Positions 32,301 to 44,200 of a stretch of 64,000 nt of DNA are shown one piece after another. The position numbers and the translations under genes were made by a program. A model generated the notes under the pieces. That model was not told the origin of the DNA, did no database searches, and saw only the letters and a list, made by a program, of their open reading frames with translations. Origin of the DNA: Heteronotia binoei (Eukaryota); the NCBI RefSeq assembly GCF_032191835.1, contig NC_083224.1, positions 190,960,001 to 191,024,000 on the forward strand. The letters are read 5' to 3'. Each line of letters starts with the position of its first letter. The first letter of the stretch is position 1.

Positions 32301-34541
32301 TCTGGGGCAGTGATGCTCTGTATTCTTGGTACTTGGGGGGCAACAGTGGGAGGGCTTCTAGCATCCAGGCCCCACTGATGGACCTCCTTTGCCACTGTGT
32401 GACACAGAGTGTTGGACTGGATGGGCCATTGGCCTGATCCAACATGGCTTCTCTTATGTTCTTATGTCTGGGGCAGTGATGCTCTGTATTCTTGGTGCTT
32501 GGGAGTGGCAACAGGGTGAGGGCTTCTAGTTTCCTGGCCCAACTGATGGACCTCCTGATGGCACTTGGGTTTGTTTTTCAGCCACTGTGTGACAGGGAGT
32601 ACTGGATTGGATGGGCCATTGGCCTGATCCAACATGGCTTCTCTTATCTTCTCTTTATCTGATTGCTTTATTGTTTTAATATTAATATTTTAACTTTAAT
32701 ATGTTTTAACATTATGATGTTTTAATATTAACTTATTGTTTTAATGTCTTTTTTTTACTGTCTGTTTTATGCTGTTAGCTGCCTTGAGTCTGTATGGAAT
32801 GGGTGGGATATAAATATAACGTAAATAAAATAAATAAATAAATGTTCTTATGACTCCATGGAGGTAACTGACCATCTCTTCTGTTTTGTAGCAAATGGAA
32901 CGGATTTTGAAGAAAGCCTCCAAGACCCACAAACAGCGAGTTGAGGTGAGATGCTGCTTGTAAAGCACAAGGGCTGTGTTAACAGCCTGGCCACATCTGG
33001 TGTAGGAGGGGCACTTCTGCAGCTGGTTCAGGGAGCTCCTAGTACTGTTTGCCCAGACCGATCACATCAGATGGCTCAGGAGGGGGCAAAGCATAGTGGA
33101 CTATGAAGAGCTTCTAAAAGGTCTCTACAGACTGGGGGAGTGGGCAATACAGCCCCCAGTGGGATTCATTGTGAGTAAGTGTAACATGGTGCACATTAAG
33201 GCCAATTTTTCTAATTTTAAATATATGTGGATGGGGTCTGAACTGGCAGTGCCTAACCAGCAAGACTCTGGGGGCCATGGTGAAAATGCCAACTCAGTGA
33301 AGAATGCCACCGTGGCAGTGCCTGCTTCTAGATCTGTGGTGCCCCCAGGTTTGAAATACAGTATTAGTCAGCATATCTCAGAAAGGATATGGTAGTGCTG
33401 GGTAAATTGGGGGTGGGGGAGGAGAACAATCAAAATGATTGAGGTGTTGGAGAATGTTATAGTGCATGAGTACTTTTTGTCCTTTCTATAATACTAGAAC
33501 TTGGGGGCTCCTGGTGGAGTGGATGGGCAGTAGATTCAGAACAGACAAATTGAAGTCTTTATCTGCTCATAGAATAACTAACTGTGGAATTCATTGCCAC
33601 AGGCACTATTGAGGGCCACTAGTTTTAAGGGGACAATATCAATAGCTAACAATAGCTGTTAGAGAAAATCCAAGCAAACAGCTACCATGATACCAGCCTC
33701 CAAACAATTAAGCAATGATCCAAATTGTATTAAAAAGAGCATGTCTTTATTACAAAAAGATGAAGTTAATCACACTTCCCAGTGGTATAAGGAACATGTC
33801 CCCAAGCAGCCAGTTCCTACTTCTTCAACAATAAAATGTTAGTGATTTAAAGGAATCTTGGGTCAACGTATTAATTATTCATTTGAGTCCAATATCTTGA
33901 ATATGTGCAGACAGCAATCCATAAGGCGACAGGACTGGACTTGTGCCCGTTTTGCAATAAGCTTCTTCAAGCTGCATACAAATAGCTGTTAGGTGTGATA
34001 ACTAAATAGAACCTCCACAATTAAAAACAGTAACCCTTTGAGTGCCAGTATCTGGGACCACAGCAGAAGGTGGCTTTGGCCCCTTCCCATGGGCTTCCAG
34101 GGGCGCCTCCTGGGCTGCTTCGTAAAGCAAGATGCTGGGACTAGGTGAGCCGCTGGTCTGAAACGGCAGCATACTCTGCAAATCACCAGGATGTTAAGGA
34201 TGTTGCAGAATGAGTTTTCTTTCCTTTCCAAAATTACGCTTTGAAGTGATCCCTTTCTGAAATGTTGCATTTGGAAAGTGGGGTAACGGAAACAGCAGAA
34301 GTCAAACTGCAGCGTGTGCAGTCTCCTTTAAATGTTCTGGCATAAGACAATGCTAAAATAGCCCTGTGCCCTTGAAAAGGGGATTGGTCTCTTAGAGAAG
34401 TAGAGCCTCTGGCCTTGTCTTCTGTTCTTACCCCTCTTTCACACACACCCCTTCTTTTCACCCCTCCTGTAGGACTTTAACAGGCATCTGGACACTCTGA
34501 CAGAACATTATGACATCCCCAAAGTCAGCTGGACTAAATGA
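29013..34541 (+). CDS. FAM32A: Protein FAM32A, 111 aa
   Basis: Exons 29013-29086, 31734-31872, 32892-32945, 34473-34541; total 336 nt; GT-AG introns. Reads MADYEAVQSGPLRIKG...KRTPAQLAYEKTQEKRQMERILKKASKTHKQRVEDFNRHLDTLTEHYDIPKVSWTK*. Confidence 0.95.
29337..29791. mobile_element. hAT MITE family A in FAM32A intron 1
   Basis: Perfect 11-bp TIRs; TSD cttccccc/cttccctt. Confidence 0.85.
30710..31235 (+). mobile_element. L2 3' end fragment
   Basis: gccagggctttttcagccttgg...tggaatcagctccc remnant and an aaataaataa tail. Confidence 0.55.
31990..32650 (+). repeat. CR1 3' end with three tandem 3' UTR copies
   Basis: Repeated ctggggcagtgatgctctgtattcttgg...ggcctgatccaacatg units. Confidence 0.8.
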
Positions 34542-34840
34542 GGAGGATCTTTCTTCTGGTTTCTGGAGGTTGTGAAAAGATGCAGAAAAGCCAGCTGCTG
34601 TCTTTGTGGCCAGATATTCTCCTTGGCTTGCTCTGAATTACTTGGCATGATCTCATGGAATTTTAAAAGAGACGTAATGTCTGTGGTCTACATAAAGTCT
34701 GAGGTGAAACTTAAGACATCCAGAACTACACTTTTTCTTCATAGCTGTGTTCTTAATGTGTCCAAGTGCTGCCGTCTTTAGATACTTCGTGTTTGGCTTT
34801 TGCTGAATTATTGCTTTTTGGGAACAATGGAAGATGATTA

Positions 34841-34846
34841 AATAAA
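34841..34846 (+). terminator. Candidate polyadenylation signal for FAM32A
   Basis: AATAAA 300 nt after the stop, followed by GT-rich sequence. Confidence 0.6.
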
Positions 34847-34904
34847 TGTTGGTTCTTTGTCTCAGTCTCAACCTGTTTCCTGCATGGTGCTTTTGTTGCT
34901 TTCA

Positions 34905-35832
34905 TTTTTAGTAATCATGGGATAAGACAAGTCCTCTTACGGATTAAAAACTGGTTAATTAACAGGATCTCTTTTAGTAATCATAGGACAAAAGGACAAG
35001 TCCTCTTATGGATTAAAAACTGGTTGACAGGAGACAGAGTGAGTATAAATGGGCAGTGTTCACAGTGGAGGGTAGTAAGCAGTGGGGTATCACAGGGCTC
35101 AATACTAGGTCGGTGTTTTTTAAGTTAATGATTTGGAGTTGGGAGTAAGCAGTGAAGTGGCTAAGTTTGCAGATGACACTTAAGTTGTTCAGGGCAGTGA
35201 GAACCAGGGAGAATTGTGAGGCAGTCCAGAGGGATCTGTCAAGGCTGGGCAAGTGGGCGTTAACGTGGCATATGAGGTTCAGTGTGGGCAAGTGCAAAGT
35301 AATGCACATTGCGGCCAAAAATCCTAGCTATAAATACAAGTTGATGGGGTGTGAACTGGTGGAAACTGACAAAGAGAGATCTTGGGGTCATGGTAGTTAA
35401 CTCACTGAAAATGTTGACCTAGCATGCCATGGCAACAAGAAAGACCAATGCTGTGGTGGGAATTATTAGGAAGGGAACTGAGAACAAAATCAGCCAGTAT
35501 CATAATGCCCCTGTATAAATTGATGGTGCAGCCACATTTGAAAAACTGAACAGTTCTGGTCACTGTACCTCAAAAAAAGATATACCATGGGAAAAGTGCA
35601 GAAAAGGGCAATGAGAATGATTAAGGGGATGCAACGCTTTCCCTATGAAGAAAGGGTTAAGGCTCTTTAGCTTTGAGAAAGGCAACTTGCAGGGGATGGT
35701 GGGATATAAATTAAATAAATAAGAGGTTTACAAAATTATGCATGGAACAGAGAAGGTAAAGAAGTTCTTTTCTCCCTTTCTCACAATATAAGAACTCATG
35801 GGCACACCATGGAATTAATGAGCAGTAGGTAA
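34905..35832 (+). mobile_element. Degraded CR1 ORF2 fragment
   Basis: FADDT-like region and a MHIAAKNPSYKYKLMG frame; contains a ~70-bp internal duplication near 34908-35030. Confidence 0.8.
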
Positions 35833-36115
35833 TAACCCCGTGGTGCAGAGTGGTAAAGCTGCAGTACTGCAGTGGGAGCCCTCTGCTCACGAGCTGAGTT
35901 CGATTCCCAGTGGAAGCTGGGTTTTCAGATAGCGAGCTCGAAGTTGACTCAGCCTTTCATCCTTCTGAGATCAGTAAAATGAGTCCCCAGCTTGCTGGGG
36001 GAAAGTAGGTGACGGGAAGGCAATGGCAAACCACCCTGTAAAAAGTCTGCCATGAAAACGTGAAAGCAATGTCACCCCAGAGTTGAAAATGATTGGTGCT
36101 TGCACCTTTACCTTT
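35833..36115 (+). mobile_element. Sauria SINE inserted into CR1
   Basis: tRNA-like head, gttgactcagcctttcatcc body and ACCTTTACCTTT tail. 7-bp TSD TAGGTAA at 35826-35832 and 36116-36122. Confidence 0.85.
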
Positions 36116-36762
36116 TAGGTAAGAACAGATAAAACCTTCTCTTTGGAGATTTTACAAGCTCACACCACAGTACTTATAACTGTTCCAGGGATAAGGAAAG
36201 GAATTTTCCACAGCGTTCATTGTATTGAGCTTCAGGTTTGCCAGGAAAGAAACAGCCCAGAGACCCAACATGTAAGAGGTCAAAGCTGCAACTTTTATTG
36301 AATACAACGTATGATAAATTAATTCTCCTGATAAAGGATGGGCACAAACTGCAAAACCGCAGTTCAAGCACAAACCAGGCTGGTTCATGGTTCATTTCGA
36401 ATGGATTTGTTTGGTCATGTCCTTCCCAAAACAAAAAAATGAACATTTTTTTTAAACGGTGGTTCATTTCCATGGTTCATTCTCCAGACAGCCTGGTTCA
36501 ATTGATTCCCAGGCAATGCTGAGGGTGGACTTGTGGAGAGCCCTAGAACCATCCAAAATGGGTCCATAGTTTGATTGGCAGCTCTGGGAGCCAACCACAG
36601 GGCTCCCATTCTGCTCTATGGAAGCAGATTATATACCAGCAGACCATCCCATGACACAGCCGCTTTCGTTTTGCACCATGAAGAGGGAAGAGCTAGTTCA
36701 GTTATTGTTTGCTATGTGGCTGATTTAGGGGAGGCTTTGAGGGACCCCTTTTCCCCACACAC

Positions 36763-37287
36763 TAGGGTTGCCAAGTCCAATTCAAGAAATATCTGGGGAC
36801 TTTGGGGGTGGAGCCAGGAGACTTTGGGGGTGGAGCCAGGAGACTTTGGGGGTGGAGCCAAGATCAAGGCTGTGACAAGCATAATTGAACTCCAAAGGGA
36901 GTTCTGGCCATCACATTTAAAGGGACGGCACACCTTTTCAATTCCTTCCATAGGAAATAATGAAGGATAAGGGCACCTTCTTTTGGGGCTCATAGAATTG
37001 GACCCCCTGGTCCAATCTTTTTGAAACTTGGGGGGTATTTTGGGGAGAGGCACTAGATGCTATACTGAAAATCTGGTGCCCTACCCCAAAAAACAGCCCC
37101 CCCAGAGCCCCAGATACCCGCAGATCAATTCTCCATGATTTTCTATGGGAATAAATCTCCATAGGGAATAATGAAGTGCCCAGCAGACATTTCCCTCTCC
37201 TCCCCCCGCTTTCTGACGACTCTGAAGCGGGGGGAGGGTCTCCAAACAGGGGGATCTCCTGCCCCCACCTGGGGATTGGCAACCCTA
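36763..37287. mobile_element. hAT MITE family A
   Basis: Perfect TIRs; TSD ccacacac/ccacacag. Confidence 0.85.
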
Positions 37288-37608
37288 CCACACAGAGTGG
37301 GTCAATTTTTTAAAATGTCTCCCAGCTGGGCAGGTATTCCTTGCTGAAGCTAGAGCTGAGCTTTCCTGGGGACACCTACTTTGGGGGAGGCTAAAACTCA
37401 GACATCCCAAATCCCATCTTTGCCAAACTTGGAGGGCTGGTGGAGGAGAGTCTGCTGAAGACTGCCAGAGTCTGGCATCTCTAACTCACAAAAGGGCTGT
37501 TCTACCACCTCCCAAGCCAAATGAATCATGAACCAGTTAAGGAAATCGAATGGACCATGGGTTTGAGCAGTCAAATGAACCACAAACCAACATGAATCAC
37601 CATTTTCC

Positions 37609-37785
37609 CAGAATGTAAGCTTTCATCAGACAACATTAACAGTAACATTACCGTTGCCTGATGAAGTGTGCTTCTAGCATACAAAAGCTTATATTGTGAA
37701 TAAAACATGGTTGGTCTCCAAGGTGCTTGACTGGACTCCCAACTTTGTTCTTTTTATTCAGACCAACACAGCTGCCCACTTGGAT
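37609..37785 (+). mobile_element. Penelope-like terminal fragment (second family), decayed
   Basis: CTGATGAAGTGTGCTTCTAGCATACAAAAGCTTA..., homologous to 47738-47867. Confidence 0.6.
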
Positions 37786-37892
37786 CCACCATTTCCCCAG
37801 TTCATGCCCATCCCTTCTCTTGATGTATCTGCACACACCCTTTACCCGCCAAGTCTGGAAATGGAATGCTGGGCAGGAGAGATCTAGAAGAT

Positions 37893-38090
37893 ACTGATTT
37901 ATAGCCCGCCCTCCACTCAGAGTGGCTTCCCTTCCTCTCCCTATGAAAGACACCCTGTGAGGTAGGTGGGGCTGAGAGAGCTGAAGGGACAGTGACTGAC
38001 CCAAGGTCACCCAGCTGGCTGCATGTGGAGAATCAACCTGGTTCTCCAGATTAGAGTCCACCACCACTGTGAACCACTCACACCAAACTG
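37893..38090 (-). mobile_element. Squam3-like SINE
   Basis: Head, CORE-like gtgactgacccaaggtcacccagc and tail are present. Confidence 0.7.
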
Positions 38091-38533
38091 GATCCCTAGC
38101 AAAGGAACTCACTTGGTGAGCTCTGGTCTTTATACCCTTTCCCCTTGGGACTTGCATGGACATGATTGTTCCACTGGGGAGTCTTGTGGTTTGCACCGTG
38201 TCCTGTTGGGGGGATTCATCCCCTGCCCCTTGGGTTACGTGACACTTCTTCCTAATGGGCACACTGATGACACCCATTTTCTTATGCCCTACTTGTCTTT
38301 TTTTGTGCCTCTTAATGGGCTCCTTTTTTGGTCTTTTGGGGTTTTCATCCTTGGATTGCTCCCCCTTTAACTAAAGGTTCCAATATTCCCCCCATCCTCA
38401 CCTAACTGGTGATGGCCATTCCTTGGGTCCCCCCACCAAGTTCCTTTCCCCCAAGCTTGGCTTTGCTCCAGGGCAAGGTGATTGATTTATAATCAGTTAT
38501 GCTTTTCCTAAAGCAGCAGCCTTGGCTTGTGAC

Positions 38534-38706
38534 CAGTGTTCCCTCTTAAGCTGAGTTAGTGTGAGCTAGCTCACAGATTTTTGTCTTAGCTCAGGAAGGA
38601 TGACCCCAGAGCACAATAATTTATTCAGCAGCTCACAACTTTCATGCCAGTAGTTCACGAAGTAGGATTTCTTCTCACAAGACTCCACAGCTTAGCGGGA
38701 GCATTG
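38534..38706. mobile_element. hAT MITE family B (CAGTGTTCCC TIR)
   Basis: Perfect 8-bp TSD CTTGTGAC; related copies at 23303-23494 and about 31473-31630. Confidence 0.8.
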
Positions 38707-39004
38707 CTTGTGACACGGCTTTCCTAATAATGAACAGGCATATATCTTAGGTCTTGTGGTTAGCTTCTCCCTGGGAGATGCGTCTGCTGCTTCTGCTTTT
38801 TAGTTGGCCCAGCAACTTGTGCCTATTTGCTACTTCCTTTCATACTTTATAATATGATAGAACAGCAAGCTTTTGCATTGTCTTAATCAAAACCCTAGTA
38901 GAACAAAAGGGACCCCATGGGTGCATTTCTTACCTTTCACTTTTCGACAACCATTTATGGAGAGCAACAAGACCAATGCTTCCTGTCATTCCCTGTGCTG
39001 AGCA

Positions 39005-39822
39005 TAAGAACATAAGAGAAGCCATGTTAGATCAGGCCAATGGCCCATCCAGTCCAACACTCTGTGTCACACAGTGGCAAAAATTTTTTGTGGCTAATAG
39101 CCACTGATGGACCTCTGCTCCATATTTTTATCTAAACCCCTCTTGAAGGTGGCTATGCTTGTGGCTGCCACCACCTCCTGTGGCAGTGAATTCCACATGT
39201 TAATCACCCTTTGGGTGAAGAAGTACTTCCTTTTATCCATTTTAACCTGTCTGCTCAGCAATTTCATCGAATGCCCACAAGTTCTTGTATTGTGAGAAAG
39301 GGAGAAACGTACTTCTTTCTCTACTTTCTCCATCCCATGCATTATCTTGTAAACCTCTATCATGTCACCCCACAGTCAACGTTTCTCCAAGCTAAAGAGT
39401 CCCAAGCGTTTCAACCTTTCTTCATAGGGAAAGTGTTCCAGCCCTTTAATCATTCTAGTTGCCCTTTTCTGGACTTTCTCCAATGCTATAATATCCTTTT
39501 TGAGGTGCGGCAACCAGAACTGCACACAGTACTCAGGTTAAAATGGATAAAAGGAAGTAATTCTTCACCCAAAGGGTGATTAACATGAGGAATTCACTGC
39601 CACAGGAGGTGGTGGCGGCTACAAGCATAGCCAGCTTTAAGAGGAGATTGGATAAAAATATGGAGCAGAGGTCCATCAGTGGCTATTAGCCACAGTATGT
39701 ATGTATGTATATGTGTGTGTGTGTACACACACACATATTGGCCACTGTGTGACACAGTGTTGGACTGGATGGGCCATTGGCCTGATCCAACAGGGCTTCT
39801 CTTATGTTATTATGTTCTTATG
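39005..39822. mobile_element. Two CR1 3' fragments joined 5'-to-5' (tails pointing outward)
   Basis: 39005-39535 on the minus strand and 39536-39822 on the plus strand; about 250 bp are mutually inverted. Confidence 0.85.
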
Positions 39823-40124
39823 CTTATTTAGAACAACAAGATCCCTTGCCACACCAGGCACAAACATCCCTACACAGCAAGGAATCTAGATAGACCTGGG
39901 CCATTTTGGCATCCTTAGACAAGTGGGGTGGGGGCTTTGGTGCCCCAGCATTAATGCAACACATGCTTTGCTGCAGCCTTCCTCCTGGGGCTCCTTCGGG
40001 CAAAAAGGCTGGGCTGGAAATGCAAAATGCGCCCCCATGAAAGGGGACCAGGACCGGGGGGAGGCATGGCAGCCTTTTGCCTCCCTCTGGAGCCCTCCTC
40101 CACATAGGCCACTGCCAGAGATGC

Positions 40125-40887
40125 AAATGGCCTCCCCTCACCTGCAGGTGGGGATAGGGGATCCCCCAGTTTGGAAGCCCTCCCCCCGCTTCAGGTGCAT
40201 CAGAAAGCTGGGGGTGGGGGAGAGAAATGTCTGCTGAGCACTCCACTACGGAGACTGATTCCCATAGGATATTATGGAGAATTTATCTGGGGCTCTGGGG
40301 GGGGGGGCTGTTTTTTGAGGTAGAGGCACCAAACTTTCAGCATAGCATCCGGTGCCTCTCCCCAAAATACCCACCACGTTTTAAGAGGATTGGACCAGGA
40401 GGTTCAATTCTGTGAGCCCCCAAAGAAGGTGCCCCTATCCTCCATTATTTCCAATGGAGGTGAGGCATTTCAAAGGTGTGCGGTCCCTTTAAATGTGATG
40501 GCCAGAACTCCCTTTGGAGCTCAATTGTCCTTGTCACACCCTTGCTCCTGGCTCCACCCCCAAAGTCCCCAGGTATTGCTTGGACTTGGCAACCCTATTT
40601 CCAATGGAGGGAAGTTATTTAAAAGGTGTGATGGCCAGGCCTCCCTTTGGAGTTCAATGCTGCTTGCCACAACTTTGCTTCTTAGCTCCACCGCCAGAGT
40701 CTCCTGGCTGTACCCCCAGATATTTCTTGGACTGGACTTGGCAACCCTATTTCCAATGGAGGGAAGTTATTTAAAAGGTGTGATGGCCACAACTCCCTTT
40801 GGGGTTCAATGATACTTCTCACAACCTTGCTCCTGGCTCCACCCCCAAAGTCCCCAGATATTTCTTGAATCGGACTTGGCAACCCTA
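40125..40887. mobile_element. hAT MITE family A with triplicated 3' end, upstream of the AP1M1 promoter
   Basis: TGGCAACCCTA occurs three times, near 40590, 40745 and 40880. Confidence 0.8.
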
Positions 40888-40999
40888 TCGCCTGCTCCAC
40901 CTGAGAGCGGCACCAACGGCTTTGAGGGGTGTGTGTGTGTGTGGAATCCTCTTCTTCTTCTTCTAAGACTTCCACTCCCTCCCCCCTCACGAGGACTCT

Positions 41000-41260
41000 C
41001 TTCCGGCCGGAGGGGGCCGCTCTAGGCGGCTGGGGCGCTCTATGGCGGTGCTGAGGGCGGGGCCTTTGCCGGAAGTGGGGCCGGACGGAAGCGGAAGCGG
41101 GCGGAGAGCCCCCGGCGGAGCTGAGGCGGGCGGAGGGGTCCTCGTCATGTCGGCCAGCGCCGTCTACGTGCTGGACCTGAAGGGGAAGGTGCGGCCCTCG
41201 AGGGGCTGGTAGCGGCAGCAGCCAGGCTCTCAGGCCGGGGGAGGTGGCGATGCCAGCCTC
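41000..41260 (+). promoter_or_regulatory. AP1M1 CpG-island promoter with clustered ETS/GABP motifs
   Basis: CCGGAAGT at 41069-41076, tandem CGGAAGCGGAAG at 41086-41097, and a GGGCGGGG GC box. Confidence 0.7.
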
Positions 41261-44200
41261 CCGGTGGCAGTAGGGTTGCCAGGTCTGGGTTGGGGGAACC
41301 CTGGAGACTTTGGGGGTGGAGCAGGGAGAGGGGGGATTGGGGTGGGGAGGAGACTTAGGAGGGTAGGCCACAGAGTCCTCCCCCCCCCCTCCAAAGCAGC
41401 CTTTTTCTCCAGGGGAGCTGATCTCTGCCAACTGGAGATCTGCAGGCCCTACCTGGATATCTCCAGGCCCCACCTGGAGGCTGGCAACTCTACTGCCAAC
41501 TCCCTCAGTAGACCCTTGGGGGATACCAGGAGAGAGGGGGCGGGGGGAGAGAGGAGACCTCCCCCCCGCCCCTTGGACAAGGGGAGGCTGAGGGACGAGG
41601 AGCACAGCAGGACTTGTGGGGCATGGTGTGTGTTGAATTAGGGGACCACCCTCCTGGCATGCTCCAGTGCTGGGTCACTCACACACACACCCTGAACTAG
41701 TGGGGAATGTCTGCAGACCTTGGCTGGCCAGCAAGCGCTGAGGGACCCCTCACTGGCCACAGTTTTTCTCTGGCACCCAACTCATTCTCCAGAGAGCCAG
41801 TTTGGTGTTGTGGTTAAGTACGTGGACCAGGTTTGATTTCCCCCCTCCTCCACTTGCAGCTGCTAGTATGGCCTTGGGTTAGCCATAGCTATTGCAGGAG
41901 TTGTCCTTGGAAGGGCAGTTGCTGTGAGAGCCCCACCCACCTTACAGGGTGTCTGTTGTGGGGGAGGAAGGGAAAGGAGGTTGTAGGCCGCTCTGTCCAC
42001 AAGGGACAGTGGCTCAGTGGTAGAGCATCTGCTTGGGAAGCAGAAGGTCCCAGCTTGAGACCCTGGAGAGCCGCTGCTTGTCTGAGAAGACAATACTGAC
42101 TTTGATGGATCAAGGGTCTGATTCAGTATAAGGCAGCTTCATATGTTCATATGAGATTCTGTCCTTGGAAGGGCAGCTTCTGGGAGAGCTTTCTCAGCCC
42201 CACCCACCTCATAGGGTGTCTGTTGTGGGGGAGGAAGGGAAAGGAGATTGTAGGCCGCTCTGAGACTCTGTCCTTTAAAGGGCAGCTTCTGGGAGAGCTC
42301 TCTCAGCCTCACCCGCCTCACAGGGTGTCTGTTGTGGGGGAGGAAGGGAAAGGAGATTGTAGGCCGCTCTGAGACTCTGTCCTTTAAAGGGCAGCTTCTG
42401 GGAGAGCTCTCTCAGCCCCACCCGCCTCACAGGGTGTCTGTTGTGGGGGAGGAAGGGAAAGGAGATTGTGAGCCGCTCTGAGTCTCTGATTCAGAGAGAA
42501 GGGCGGGGTGTAAATCTGCAGTCTTCTTCCTTAGGCTTCCACAGGTGAGAGATTCTGGGTCTTGTGTGATTTCTTAGGGTAGGAGACCTGCAGCATAGCT
42601 GTCATTCGGGACTTTTTGCTTCAAGGTTTTTAGGGTCTTATTCTCCTCTTCTCCGCTTCATTTGTAGGTGCTCATCTGTAGAAATTATCGTGGAGATGTG
42701 GACATGTCCGAAGTGGAACATTTCATGCCAATTCTTATGGAGAAGGAAGAAGAAGGCACGCTTTCTCCCATTCTGTCGCATGGAGGGGTCCGCTTTATGT
42801 GGATTAAGCATAACAACTTGTACCGTATCCTTTGCCAACCTAGAATGTGGGACATGCTGGCATCAGCACAAGTGGAAGATGGCATAGTTTCAAAATGCTG
42901 ATGGGAACATAGTTGACTAGAAGGAATTTTATTTTATTCTTTGGGCTGTTATCTCAGTTATCTTCTTGAGAGTCGAAGATGAGGTATGCGGTTCCCTCCC
43001 CTCAATTCATCTTTGTAACAACCGTGCAGTTTTGATGGAGAGAAAACAACTAGCCTGAGGTTACCCAGAGTTGGGATTTGAGGGCAGGTTACTCCAGTCA
43101 TAGGCCAGTGGTCAGCTACCCGCATTGACTAGTGGGAGTCTGCCTGCTGACCTTTTAAAAGCAAGCCATTTTTGAGGGAGCTTTTTAGCCACAGATTTCT
43201 GTTGGGCAGCCAGCCAGAACTTCTGCTAAAGTGCTCACATGACAACTGAAACTGAAAAGTAGTACAGCCAAGAGAAGGGTAGGCCCACTTGGCCGCTCTG
43301 GCAGTGGACTCCTTGCTCCTCCGTATATCGCTTTCTTTTAGTACCCTTAGATGCAGTTCATCTGGCCCCAAGGACTTGGTTTCATTTAAGGAAACTAGAT
43401 GTTTATGTACTACCCCAGTGCTGATCCAAGGCTGCAATTCCCTCCCCTCATCATGTGTCCTGTTTCTGCCATGTTGAGCACCTTTTCCCTTACAAGAGAA
43501 GACTGAGGAAAAGCAGGAATTGATCAGTCTTGTCCTCTCTTCATCACCTGCTACAATTCCAGTTTCCTGTCCTTCAAGGCGTCTACCATGTCCTTGCTCC
43601 TCTTCTTACTTTGAACCTAAGAAAATAACTTTTGTGTTGTTTTTAGCATTTCTCACTAGCTTAAGCTCACACTGAGCTTTAGCTTTCCTAACTCTCTCTC
43701 TATGAGCACTGGTGGTTTTATATTCATCCTTGGTTATAAGGCCCTCCTATTTCCTAAACAATTTTTTTTTTATTTCTCACGTCCTTAGAAAGCTGTTTAT
43801 GGAGCCCCCTTGGCTCCTCCCATTTCCCCTTCTCATAGGAATCATTTGTGATTGTACCTTCAATATTTCACTTTTCGGAAACTCCCACCCTTCTTGAACT
43901 CCTTAAGTATTTCTGACCATGGGATTCTACCCTATGCAACTTTAAGTGTGTCAGTATTTGCTTTCCTGAAGTCCAACCTATCCATCTGACTTTGTACAGC
44001 TTTTCCCTTCCCCAAGATTGCAAATTCCAAAATTACACAATCACTGCTGCTACCCAGGTGCCCACTACTTTCACCTTATTACCTTGCTTTCCTGTTGGTG
44101 AGAATCAAGCCCAAGATAGCAGAGAATTGTAGGGAATGAATTAGGACCCAGTTTTGAATGCCAGCTCCTGAACATGACTTCCTAGTTGTTGCAACATCCA

